DNA from: a bacterium
GTDB taxonomy: Bacteria > UBA10199 > DSSB01
Reading direction: 5' to 3'
DNA length: 29,326 nt
Assembly: GCA_030426445.1 (NCBI GenBank)
Contig: JAUHYS010000001.1
Location: 1-29,326 of the forward strand
Below, one piece after another: positions 9,345-18,002 of the stretch. Both the position numbers and the translations under genes were made by a program. Below the pieces are notes generated by a model. That model had not been told where the DNA came from and did no database searches. It saw nothing but the letters and a program-made list of their open reading frames with translations. How positions within the stretch are numbered: the stretch's first letter is position 1; the number at the start of each line of letters is the position of its first letter.

Positions 9345-10772
9345 ATGAGAATTCATTTACTCGGTATTGGAGGCACCGGAATGGCCTCCTTAGCAGGGAT
9401 GTTACAAGCCAGCGGCCACGAAGTTACTGGAAGCGACCAGGGGGTTTACCCTCCTATGAGTACTTTATTAGAAAAATGGAAAATCCCTGTTAATTGCCCC
9501 TATGATGCAAAAAATATCCAGCACAAACCCGATTTAGTGATTATTGGTAATGTTATCTCACGTGACAACTCAGAAGCCCAAGCAGTTTTAGCTCAGAAAC
9601 TAACCTATCTTTCGATGCCACAAGCGATTCAGCGTTTTTTTTTAGAAGGCAAAAAATCACTTGTTGTTGCTGGGACGCATGGAAAAACTACCACCACTTC
9701 ATTGCTTGCTTGGCTCTTAGAAGCCTGTAAAAAAGAACCCAGTTTTTTTGTTGGAGGAAAACCTCAAAACTTTCCTCAAAACTTTCAGCTCAAACCAGGC
9801 CCCTACTTTGTGCTGGAAGGGGACGAATATGATACTGCCTTTTTTGATAAAGGCCCTAAGTTCTTACACTATCAACCTCATGCAGTCATATTGACCAGTG
9901 TAGAATTTGACCATGCAGATATTTATCGCGACTTAGAACACGTTCGTTCTTCCTTTAGAAAACTCTTGGCCATTATTCCCCAGGATGGGTTTTTGGTGGC
10001 TAACATCGATGACCCAGAGGTGCGCGCTCTTATTCAAGATTTTTCTGGTCGAGTCATTCGTTATGCCACTCTTCCAGAAAATCGAACGCAATGTGATTAT
10101 TTTGCTGAACTTCAAAGTTTAGAAAACAGTACTCAATTTACCCTATACGAAAAAGGAGAAAAAAAGCTCGGTGAATTTAATTTAAAAATTCCAGGACGTC
10201 ATAACTTAAGTAACGCCTTGGCCGTCTTGGCCTTGCTAACAACTTTAGAGCTAGATGTAAAATCCCTGCAAGAAGCCTTACCCTCTTTTAAGGGAGTCAA
10301 GCGCCGCCAAGAAATTTTAGGCAATCCAAAAGGCATCCTTGTAATGGATGATTTTGCCCACCACCCGACTGCGGTACGAGAAACCATTTTGGCTATCCGT
10401 GAACAATACCCTTCACGAAGACTCTGGGCTATTTTTGAACCCCGCAGTAATACCAGTAAACGAGATACTTTTCAAAACGCCTACCCTTTTAGTTTTTTAC
10501 AAGCTCATAAAGTCATTTTAGCTAGCGTATTCCAACCAGAGAAAGTCAAGTCAGGACAAACCCTTAATGTAAAACAGATCGTTGAAGATATTAACCATAA
10601 TATAAAAAACTATGAAACAGCGTCTGAAAAAAAAGCTTTGTATTTAAAAAACTATGAAGAACTTGTCGATTACGTTGTTCAGGAAAGTCGCCATGGAGAC
10701 ATCTTATTATTTATGAGTAATGGAGATTTTGGTGGTGTCGCTAGGAAAACTCTTGAAAAACTGAAAGCCTAG
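9345..10772 (+). CDS. mpl: Murein peptide ligase (UDP-MurNAc:L-Ala-gamma-D-Glu-mDAP ligase)
   Basis: IHLLGIGGTGMASLA, SDQGVYPPMS, VAGTHGKTTT, EGDEYDTAFFDKGPKFLHY, DDFAHHPTAV, FEPRSNT. Confidence 0.93.
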   Translation: MRIHLLGIGGTGMASLAGMLQASGHEVTGSDQGVYPPMSTLLEKWKIPVNCPYDAKNIQHKPDLVIIGNVISRDNSEAQAVLAQKLTYLSMPQAIQRFFLEGKKSLVVAGTHGKTTTTSLLAWLLEACKKEPSFFVGGKPQNFPQNFQLKPGPYFVLEGDEYDTAFFDKGPKFLHYQPHAVILTSVEFDHADIYRDLEHVRSSFRKLLAIIPQDGFLVANIDDPEVRALIQDFSGRVIRYATLPENRTQCDYFAELQSLENSTQFTLYEKGEKKLGEFNLKIPGRHNLSNALAVLALLTTLELDVKSLQEALPSFKGVKRRQEILGNPKGILVMDDFAHHPTAVRETILAIREQYPSRRLWAIFEPRSNTSKRDTFQNAYPFSFLQAHKVILASVFQPEKVKSGQTLNVKQIVEDINHNIKNYETASEKKALYLKNYEELVDYVVQESRHGDILLFMSNGDFGGVARKTLEKLKA

Positions 10773-10877
10773 TAAAGTATGTAAAAATAATCTGCCATGC
10801 TCCCATCATTAAAAGGCTATTGACCTAAGTAACCCAACAGAGTTATGGCTAAACTCCAACTAAGAAAGGAAACATAC

Positions 10878-11291
10878 ATGAAACATTTCATTATTGGATT
10901 AATCAGCGTACTATTTTTAGGAACCTCTTTTTCAGCTTATACCCAATCCGTTGTCTCGGCCAATGGTTTTCAGTGTGGAAAAGAAAATGATCTGGTAACC
11001 TGTAAAGGCCCTCTCCCCAATGGAAAAGACAGTATTATGGGGTCCGGTAAGGATGTCGTTTATCTTACAATCAACACAAATGTAGGAGGGGTCCCTTCTC
11101 GTTATAGCTATTTTAGTGATACTGGCTGTATGGTAGGGTATACTTTTAATGCTGCAGGAAACCCAGCTATGGCTGTCGCTTCACACCGTAGTGGAGAAAA
11201 AAAGAAAATCGATCTTGGTAAACAAGGCATTGAAACAGTCAGCCAGTTTTGTGCTAGCAATCCAAGTGCTGCAGCAAGTACACAAAAATAA
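10878..11291 (+). CDS. Small secreted hypothetical protein with 4 Cys
   Basis: Signal peptide MKHFIIGLISVLFLGTSFSA and an AGGA RBS before ATG 10878. No family recognised. Confidence 0.7.
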   Translation: MKHFIIGLISVLFLGTSFSAYTQSVVSANGFQCGKENDLVTCKGPLPNGKDSIMGSGKDVVYLTINTNVGGVPSRYSYFSDTGCMVGYTFNAAGNPAMAVASHRSGEKKKIDLGKQGIETVSQFCASNPSAAASTQK

Positions 11292-11359
11292 TATTGTAAT
11301 TTAGAAAGCCATCTTTGGAATACTAGCTTATTGTAAATAATTCGTGCTATAGTTTAAGA

Positions 11360-12229
11360 ATGGCCATTTATAAACAACGCGTTGAAAAAAATGTGCCAGG
11401 CAATTTTTTTGTCGATAAGACTTGCATCAACTGTGATGTCTGCCGTCAACTCGCTCCAAAGTTTTTTGCCGAAGATGATGACTGTTCCTATGTCTTCGCT
11501 CAACCTCAGGATGAACTTGGTGAAGAGCAAGCCCTCCAAGCCCTTTTAGCATGCCCTACTCATTCGATAGGCGTTCTCAATAGTCATAAAAAAGCTCGGG
11601 ATGTTATGCAGGGTTTCCCTCAGTGGATTGCAGAAAATGTCTACTACTTAGGTTTTCATTCCAAAAAATCCTATGGAGCAAGCAGTTATTTTATCGAGGA
11701 CAATCAGGGAAACTGGATGATTGACTCTCCTCGTTATCAACCTTTTCTTTATCAAAAAATTAAAGAAAAAGGAGGGTTAAAATATATTTTTTTAACTCAC
11801 CGTGATGATATTGCAGATGCAGAAAAGTATGCACAAATGTTTGGTGCCCAACGCATCTTACATCAAAAAGATGCCTCTGATAAAACAAAAGCAGAAATTA
11901 TACTTAACGCGACTCAAGCTTTTACCTTTGGACATAATTTTTTAATTATTCCCACTCCAGGGCATACCCAAGGACATTGTGTTTTATTATACAAAAATAA
12001 ATTTTTATTTACTGGAGACCATCTATCCTGGAGCCGACGACTTCACTCACTAGGGGCTTCAAAAAAAACTTGTTGGTACTCATGGGAAGAACAAATAAAG
12101 TCCTTAAGAAGACTCTTAGATTATAGCTTTAGTTATGTTCTACCTGGCCATGGACGTCGTGTACATTATCCAGAAACAAAGATGCACCAAGAGCTTGAAA
12201 ATGCTATTTTTCGCTTAGAATCCATCTAG
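11360..12229 (+). CDS. Ferredoxin-metallo-beta-lactamase-fold fusion protein
   Basis: N-terminal CINCDVC...CP ferredoxin motif. MBL motifs LTHRDD, PTPGHTQGH, FTGDH and LPGHG. Confidence 0.88.
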   Translation: MAIYKQRVEKNVPGNFFVDKTCINCDVCRQLAPKFFAEDDDCSYVFAQPQDELGEEQALQALLACPTHSIGVLNSHKKARDVMQGFPQWIAENVYYLGFHSKKSYGASSYFIEDNQGNWMIDSPRYQPFLYQKIKEKGGLKYIFLTHRDDIADAEKYAQMFGAQRILHQKDASDKTKAEIILNATQAFTFGHNFLIIPTPGHTQGHCVLLYKNKFLFTGDHLSWSRRLHSLGASKKTCWYSWEEQIKSLRRLLDYSFSYVLPGHGRRVHYPETKMHQELENAIFRLESI

Positions 12230-12544
12230 CAGTGGCACTATAATGATTCTAAAAAGCGCCTGAGGCTACTATTAGATATTCTATTCGAAGAAATCAACTT
12301 GAAACAACTTTGACGTAATGCGGCATTTCGAAAACAAAAAATGCATAAAAAACTCAATTCTTGCATTATTTCCTTCAATATTTGTCATTTTATTCTTACA
12401 ATAGAAAAATAAGAATAAGTAATTAATTTTAATACACAACAGCAATTTTAAAAATCCGTTTTTTCGTATGAGCCAGCATTGACTTTGAGCGTAGAAGGCA
12501 AAAATTAAAATTATATAATAGGTTAGTTTTCTGGGAGGGTTTGA

Positions 12545-13039
12545 GTGAAAGTTTTGAGTGTGTTATCAACACCAGTCTATCAATCTAAAAAAATAATAAA
12601 GCATTCGCAACTATTATTAAAAAGTTATCAAAGATGGAAACGCGAACCTCTAATTGAACCAGAAGAAGACCCCAAAAAACTAGCAGAAAAATTATATCTA
12701 GCTCCCTTTGTCGTACTCTCACATGATGGAGCAGAAGACCCTATTTTATCTTATGGCAACCAAGCTGCTTTGGATTTGTGGGGCATGACTTGGGATTCCT
12801 TCATTCATACTCCTTCCAGGCTTACCGCAGAGCCCATTCATCGAGACGAAAGAAAGAGTCTACTTAATGAGGTATCAAAAATAGGCTTTTGTCAAAATTA
12901 CTCAGGTATCAGGATTTCAAACAATGGCAAAAGATTTCGTATCGAGGGCACATTTCTTTGGACACTTTTAAATGAAAAAAATCAACCTTGCGGTCAAGCC
13001 GCTACTTTTAAACATTGGAACTTTATAGACCCCGTCTGA
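12545..13039 (+). CDS. Stand-alone MEKHLA (PAS-like) domain protein
   Basis: APFVVLSH...DPILSYGNQAALDLW, PSRLTAE, YSGIRIS..GKRFRIE..LW, GQAATF. GGAGG RBS before the GTG start. Confidence 0.9.
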   Translation: MKVLSVLSTPVYQSKKIIKHSQLLLKSYQRWKREPLIEPEEDPKKLAEKLYLAPFVVLSHDGAEDPILSYGNQAALDLWGMTWDSFIHTPSRLTAEPIHRDERKSLLNEVSKIGFCQNYSGIRISNNGKRFRIEGTFLWTLLNEKNQPCGQAATFKHWNFIDPV

Positions 13040-13044
13040 AATCA

Positions 13045-13596
13045 ATGAAAAAATCTATCCATACAATTTGTGTTTTCTGCGGTTCAAGAGTTGGAGCAGG
13101 TGAAACTTACACCAAGGTAGCAAAAGAAATGGGAAAGCTGCTTGCAAAAAATAATTTTAAATTGGTATTTGGTGGCACTACTATTGGTTTAATGGGATGT
13201 ATTGCCGATGCTGTTTTAGAACATGGAGGGAAAGTCGAAGGAGTGATTCCTCAACTTTTATTTCCTATGGAAGCCCCTCACCCCAAAATTAACCGGCTGC
13301 ATATCACCCATTCTATGCATGCCCGAAAACAAAAGATGTACGATCTTTCGGATGCCTTTGTAGCCCTACCCGGAGGCCTAGGTACACTCGACGAACTTTT
13401 CGAAATTCTAACTTGGTCACAAATCAATCTGCATCAAAAACCGATTGGTATAATTAATACAGAAGGGTATTTTGATGGAATCATCCAATTTTTAGATCAT
13501 GCTTTAAAAGAAGAATTCCTTCGCCCCAAACACCGCCAACTCTTAATCAAGGCTCAAAACCCAAAAGAGATGATCAACAAATTAAAAAGAAGATGA
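13045..13596 (+). CDS. LOG family nucleotide 5'-monophosphate phosphoribohydrolase (TIGR00730 type)
   Basis: ICVFCGS, GLMG, MHARK, PGGLGTLDELFE. ATG 13045 avoids overlap with the MEKHLA gene. Confidence 0.92.
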   Translation: MKKSIHTICVFCGSRVGAGETYTKVAKEMGKLLAKNNFKLVFGGTTIGLMGCIADAVLEHGGKVEGVIPQLLFPMEAPHPKINRLHITHSMHARKQKMYDLSDAFVALPGGLGTLDELFEILTWSQINLHQKPIGIINTEGYFDGIIQFLDHALKEEFLRPKHRQLLIKAQNPKEMINKLKRR

Positions 13597-13888
13597 CCCC
13601 GAGCAATATCTGTCGTCTCCACTTGGGCGAATACGGTATTATTGCGAAATACAGCACTTTTTAATTAACTCATGCTTTTTTCATGTTCCTCTTTATCATT
13701 TTATCGAGGAATGTCTTGTGTGTCTTCAACAACCGTCGTCTCTCAAGCTGGTCTTTTCTCTTTCTCCGTCTGTCTAATTTCAGACTCGAAAAAAAACCCA
13801 ACAACTCGACTTAACTCGAGATCATCTCCGTTAAGTACTTTCTCTTTTTATAATGCCTAAAATAAAACGCGTATGCAAGAGGGAGGAA

Positions 13889-14803
13889 TTAGTTTTGATT
13901 GAAACTTGCTTTTAGCCAATTTAAATCAAGACTCTTCGGTCGCAATAATAATATTGAAGTCGGAGCATGACGGAGTAAGTCTAATGCAATTGAGCCTAAA
14001 AGTTTAGGGCTGAGATCGGTTTGACCACGAGAACCCAATGCCATTAAAGCTATTTTCTTATCTTTAATAAAACGCATGACTTCGCTAACAGGGTCCCCTT
14101 CTCTAAAGTGAATCTCATAATCCACCTTATCCAAAGGTAATTTTTCAATAAAAGATTGGAAGTGCTCCTTACCCAAGCTACGTAGGCTTTTATCAAAACG
14201 CTCTGCACTCACTAAACTATAAGAGGGTAAATAAGGCATTTGCATAACATGTAGAAGGTGAAGCTTTAGCTGAAAGCTCTTTGCCCATTTAATGGCTTCC
14301 TCCACGGTTTCATGAGAAAGCCGGGAAAGATCTACAGGAACCAAAATCTCTTTTAGGTTTGCGGGAGTCTTGGAACGCTCAATCCAAACAGGGTGCCAAA
14401 AATTACGCGCAATACTCTCTGCTGTCTTACCTAATAATAAACTCGAAATCCCTTTCCGTTCTTCTGTACCAATAAGAATAAGATCCGCCGCTATCTCATT
14501 AGCATAGTATAGAGTCTCTTTAAAAGGTGATCCTACTCTCACTTCGCTATGAACTTCGACCTGATCGCTGACTACCTTGATAATTTTTTGATTAAGCTTG
14601 TTGGCCGCCTCTTCTTCCCATTGATTGACCCATCCAACAATTTCGTCATTTTGCGTTGCGGCTTCATAAGGTAAATCTGGAACCACATGCAAGACATGCA
14701 GTTCAGCTTGACTGGACTGAGTCAAATGAATAGCTCGTTGCAAGACCACATCACCATGCTTAGAAAAATCAATAGCAGCAATGATTTTTTTTATGAGTGT
14801 CAT
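13889..14803 (-). CDS. Universal stress protein with two tandem USP domains
   Basis: IIAAIDFS..HVLHV..ADLILIGT...LLGKTAE and ILVPVDLS..LHV..LMALGSRG...LLGSIA. Confidence 0.92.
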   Translation of the reverse strand: MTLIKKIIAAIDFSKHGDVVLQRAIHLTQSSQAELHVLHVVPDLPYEAATQNDEIVGWVNQWEEEAANKLNQKIIKVVSDQVEVHSEVRVGSPFKETLYYANEIAADLILIGTEERKGISSLLLGKTAESIARNFWHPVWIERSKTPANLKEILVPVDLSRLSHETVEEAIKWAKSFQLKLHLLHVMQMPYLPSYSLVSAERFDKSLRSLGKEHFQSFIEKLPLDKVDYEIHFREGDPVSEVMRFIKDKKIALMALGSRGQTDLSPKLLGSIALDLLRHAPTSILLLRPKSLDLNWLKASFNQN

Positions 14804-14886
14804 CTTTAAAATCCCCTCTGTATCATCACAAATTAATAAACGGCTTTAATTATTTCAACTAGAAACTTACTTAGCAATCTAAAAAT

Positions 14887-16437
14887 TTAATTAATTCTAA
14901 AGTTAAGATTCGCTCTTATTTGTGGTGTTTCTATTTGTGCTAATTGTAGTTTTTGACTTAAGTCCCAATTAACTGCCTGCCAACGGGTAAATTGATCTAA
15001 AACCCAAATACCCGATTGCCTTGATCCATTACCGGATTTTCCGTTACCACCAAAAGGTAAGTGGGCTTCTGCTCCGGTAGTAGAGTTATTAATACTCGTC
15101 ATTCCAGAGCTAATCTTTTCTTTCCAGTGATAAATATAAAATGTATTTTGAGTGTAAATTGCTGAAGAAAGCCCATAACCCGTTCCGTTTGCTAAATGAA
15201 TTGCTTGCTCAAAATCTTGACAGGTCATCACATTAAATAAAGGTCCAAAAGTTTCTGTTGAATAAATTTCATCTCCAGGCTTGACTTGATCCACCACAGT
15301 AGGGTGGCAAAAATAACCCGCTTCGGGAGATCTTTTTCCTACCCAATGTGGCCAAGGATTTTCTTTACTCATTCTGCCTTGAGTTAGTACACGGTGGTGT
15401 TTTTTAACAAGTTTCTCTAAGTTAGACAAATGGTCACTCATAAACTTTTCACTCATCATAGGGCCATACATAACTTGCTTATTCATTGGGTCGCCGATTT
15501 TAATCTGAGCAATTTTTTTCAAAAGCTTGTCCAGAAATGGCTTTTTAATCTTTTTATGTAGAATCAAATTACCTAAAGAAGTACAACGTTGCCCTGCTGT
15601 ACCTAAACCTGACCAAAGTGCTCCTTCGACAGCCAGATCAAGGTTTGCATCCTCCATCACCACTAAAGGATTTTTTCCACCTAGCTCTAAACAAGCGCTT
15701 ATTAAATGGCGGCCACAAATTTCACCAATACGACGTCCCACTTCAGTGGAACCGGTAAAACCAAATTTGTCGATACCCCCCTCCTCAATCGCTTCTACTA
15801 ACCATTGTCCTGTAGAGCCTGCCCCTCCTCCAAATAACACTTGAAAGACACCTTCTGGACAACCTGCAGCATGAAGCAATTTAGCAAAATAATAAGAAGT
15901 TAACGGAGCATCTTCTGGTGCTTTCCAGAGGCAAACGTTCCCACAAACTAAAGCTGGGACAAAATACCAAGAAGGCACTGCAACAGGAAAATTCCCTGCT
16001 GTGATACAAGCAAACACCCCAACGGGGCGGCGGTAAGTACTGAGTTCTTTTTGTGGCATTTCGGAAGGTACCGTCATACCATATAGCCTGCGTCCTTCAC
16101 TCGCAAAGAACTGGCAAGTATCGATGGCTTCTTGTACGTCACCCAAAGCTTCCTTGAGAGGTTTACCCATCTCACTTGTCATGATTCTGGAGAGTTCTGT
16201 CTTATTTTGTCTGAGTAATTCTCCAAAATGGGCAATCATGTTTGCTCTAACTGGCGCAGGAGTTTGTTTCCAGGAAAGATAACTTTTTTGGGCTTTCTGA
16301 ATAGCTTCGCGGATCTGCAGTGGAGTCGCTGCAGCAAAACTCCTAAGCTCTTTTTGAAAGTTTGCAGGATTTTTTGAGATAAAAATGTTTGAACTGGTTT
16401 TTTCCTTTTTGCCGCATACCCAAGAGAGAGCTTGCAT
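14887..16437 (-). CDS. NAD(P)-dependent aldehyde dehydrogenase
   Basis: ITAGNFP, FTGSTEVG, LELGGKNP, GQRCTS (catalytic Cys), ETFGP, PFGG. Confidence 0.93.
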   Translation of the reverse strand: MQALSWVCGKKEKTSSNIFISKNPANFQKELRSFAAATPLQIREAIQKAQKSYLSWKQTPAPVRANMIAHFGELLRQNKTELSRIMTSEMGKPLKEALGDVQEAIDTCQFFASEGRRLYGMTVPSEMPQKELSTYRRPVGVFACITAGNFPVAVPSWYFVPALVCGNVCLWKAPEDAPLTSYYFAKLLHAAGCPEGVFQVLFGGGAGSTGQWLVEAIEEGGIDKFGFTGSTEVGRRIGEICGRHLISACLELGGKNPLVVMEDANLDLAVEGALWSGLGTAGQRCTSLGNLILHKKIKKPFLDKLLKKIAQIKIGDPMNKQVMYGPMMSEKFMSDHLSNLEKLVKKHHRVLTQGRMSKENPWPHWVGKRSPEAGYFCHPTVVDQVKPGDEIYSTETFGPLFNVMTCQDFEQAIHLANGTGYGLSSAIYTQNTFYIYHWKEKISSGMTSINNSTTGAEAHLPFGGNGKSGNGSRQSGIWVLDQFTRWQAVNWDLSQKLQLAQIETPQIRANLNFRIN

Positions 16438-16634
16438 ATTTTAGACCTCCTCAGAATTCCTTTAAAGTTTAACAACAAGTTTAACTTAACTTTCCAATAT
16501 TTTGGAGGATTTTAATTCTAATCTCTAAAAAAGCTATAGCGAATAGGGTAAAAAAAGAGTATTCTAAGAATAATCAGGGCATAAATAAATATGATCTCCC
16601 CAAATAGAAGGTTCCGGGCAGACAATGTTCCGCA

Positions 16635-18002
16635 TTAAGGGACGGCAGAGTAAATAAAAGGCATGATCCATTTTTTATGGTGAAAGCCCCGCTTTTCTTG
16701 GGCTAAATCGACAGAAGGGTCAACAAGCTTTTGATTTAAGCGCCCATTAAGAGAAGTATTTGCATCCGCATATACTTGAACTTGGTTCACACCTCTTGCT
16801 GTAAAATCTTGAGCAATATGGTGAGCCATCTGCAAAATCATATCCGGTTGAGTCGACATTTGCTTTTGTTGATAAGGCAGGAGATATTGATTGGGATTGA
16901 CTAACCAGCGCTTCCCAGTACTGGGTTCGACCACTCTAAAATCAATGCTACCATTTTTTTCCATGAGCATAACACGCCAGGAAAAACGAAAGCCTTCTTC
17001 ACCCCACATCACATTTCCCGGATAAAAATAATGTCTTAAAGGCAAGAAAATTTGTAGCGCAAAATACATTCCTAAAAATCCATACAACATATTTGTTTTT
17101 TTGGAGACCACAGTTTGTAAAACATGAGGGGGCTGATCTGAAATTAAAGATCGCGAAGTTTTACTCAATTTTTTATAAAGCTTTTCTGGCCAATCGCTTG
17201 CAAAAAATAAAGTAGTGCTGACAATCATTATCCAAGGAAACATCCCAATACGAAAAAGCTTCCAGGTAAAAATATGAAAAACAATAACCACTAAATAAGC
17301 AAAGGGTCTAAGACGACGATGCAGTAAAAAAAAGGGGACTGTCAAATCAAAAAAAGCCCCTATCCAACTCATCGCATAGGCTAACCAAGCTTGATTAAAC
17401 CACCCTCCAATAACAGGGAAGTCAACATTCATGGAAAGCCAGGTACGCAATGGCTGGGCATGAAAGAACCAATCCGAATTAAGTTTGGCAACTCCTGCAA
17501 AAAAATAAACTAAACCTATTTGTAACCTTAATGTATAAAGAGGCCAAGCAGGAATTTTTGAAGCGTATAGTTTTGGATTTCTCCAAGCATCCAAAGACCA
17601 CTTACAATGCAAAGGCATCAAAATCATCAAACCTGAAATGAGAGAGATAAAATAATAATGATTGAGGTAATTTGATTTATCGATGAGCTCAACGTAGGTA
17701 AAACCTAAGAAGAAAAATAGCATGCTCAGACGGTAATAAAAACCTAATGCAATGAAAATAGCCAGAATAAAGAGAAGAATAAAATGAGCGTACATTCCCC
17801 AATCTGGCCAGGGTTTGACCCAATCAAAACCATAAAAAGTAAAAAAGAATTTGGGGCGAATATAAAGATCGTAAACCCAGCCTTTTAGCATAAATCTCAT
17901 CATGCTAAAAGCCATCATCAATCCAAAAAAAATACGGAATACAGCTAAGGAACTGACATTAATGGGTTGGGAAAGAAATTTCTTAATCGCCGTCATTATC
18001 AC
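16635..18002 (-). CDS. HTTM-domain, vitamin K-dependent gamma-carboxylase-like membrane protein
   Basis: SLAVFRIFFG, DKSNYLNHYY, WSLD, LRLQIGLVYFFAGVAKLNSDW, IGMFPWIM, FSWRVM, PDMILQMAH and SLNGR...VDPSVDL, collinear with my recollection of GGCX. The start (GTG 18002 or ATG 17996) overlaps the upstream imelysin stop. Confidence 0.9.
   Translation of the reverse strand: MIMTAIKKFLSQPINVSSLAVFRIFFGLMMAFSMMRFMLKGWVYDLYIRPKFFFTFYGFDWVKPWPDWGMYAHFILLFILAIFIALGFYYRLSMLFFFLGFTYVELIDKSNYLNHYYFISLISGLMILMPLHCKWSLDAWRNPKLYASKIPAWPLYTLRLQIGLVYFFAGVAKLNSDWFFHAQPLRTWLSMNVDFPVIGGWFNQAWLAYAMSWIGAFFDLTVPFFLLHRRLRPFAYLVVIVFHIFTWKLFRIGMFPWIMIVSTTLFFASDWPEKLYKKLSKTSRSLISDQPPHVLQTVVSKKTNMLYGFLGMYFALQIFLPLRHYFYPGNVMWGEEGFRFSWRVMLMEKNGSIDFRVVEPSTGKRWLVNPNQYLLPYQQKQMSTQPDMILQMAHHIAQDFTARGVNQVQVYADANTSLNGRLNQKLVDPSVDLAQEKRGFHHKKWIMPFIYSAVP

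Noticed and set aside
5054-11539. Short ORFs 5054-5242, 5868-6170, 8176-8454, 9933-10115, 10199-10387 and 11354-11539
   Set aside because: All lie antisense within confident genes.
12390-12418. TTATTCTTA-N11-TAAGAATAA inverted repeat upstream of the MEKHLA gene
   Set aside because: A 9-bp, almost all-AT arm in a very AT-rich spacer is expected by chance.
13015-13044. Apparent 25-nt overlap of the MEKHLA and LOG genes
   Set aside because: Artefact of the longest-ORF start. ATG 13045 gives a typical LOG N-terminus.
13670-13860. Plus-strand 62-aa ORF (13672-13860) and a minus-strand 44-aa Arg/Lys-rich ORF (13804-13670, LLGFFSSLKLDRRRKRKDQLERRR...)
   Set aside because: Neither has a convincing RBS or family, and the minus one needs a TTG start. 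I also could not fold the region into 6S, SRP, tmRNA or RNase P. It is left unannotated, although a small protein cannot be excluded.
16465-16486. AAGTTTAAC direct repeat upstream of the ALDH gene
   Set aside because: Only two AT-rich 9-mers, with no supporting regulator or further copies.
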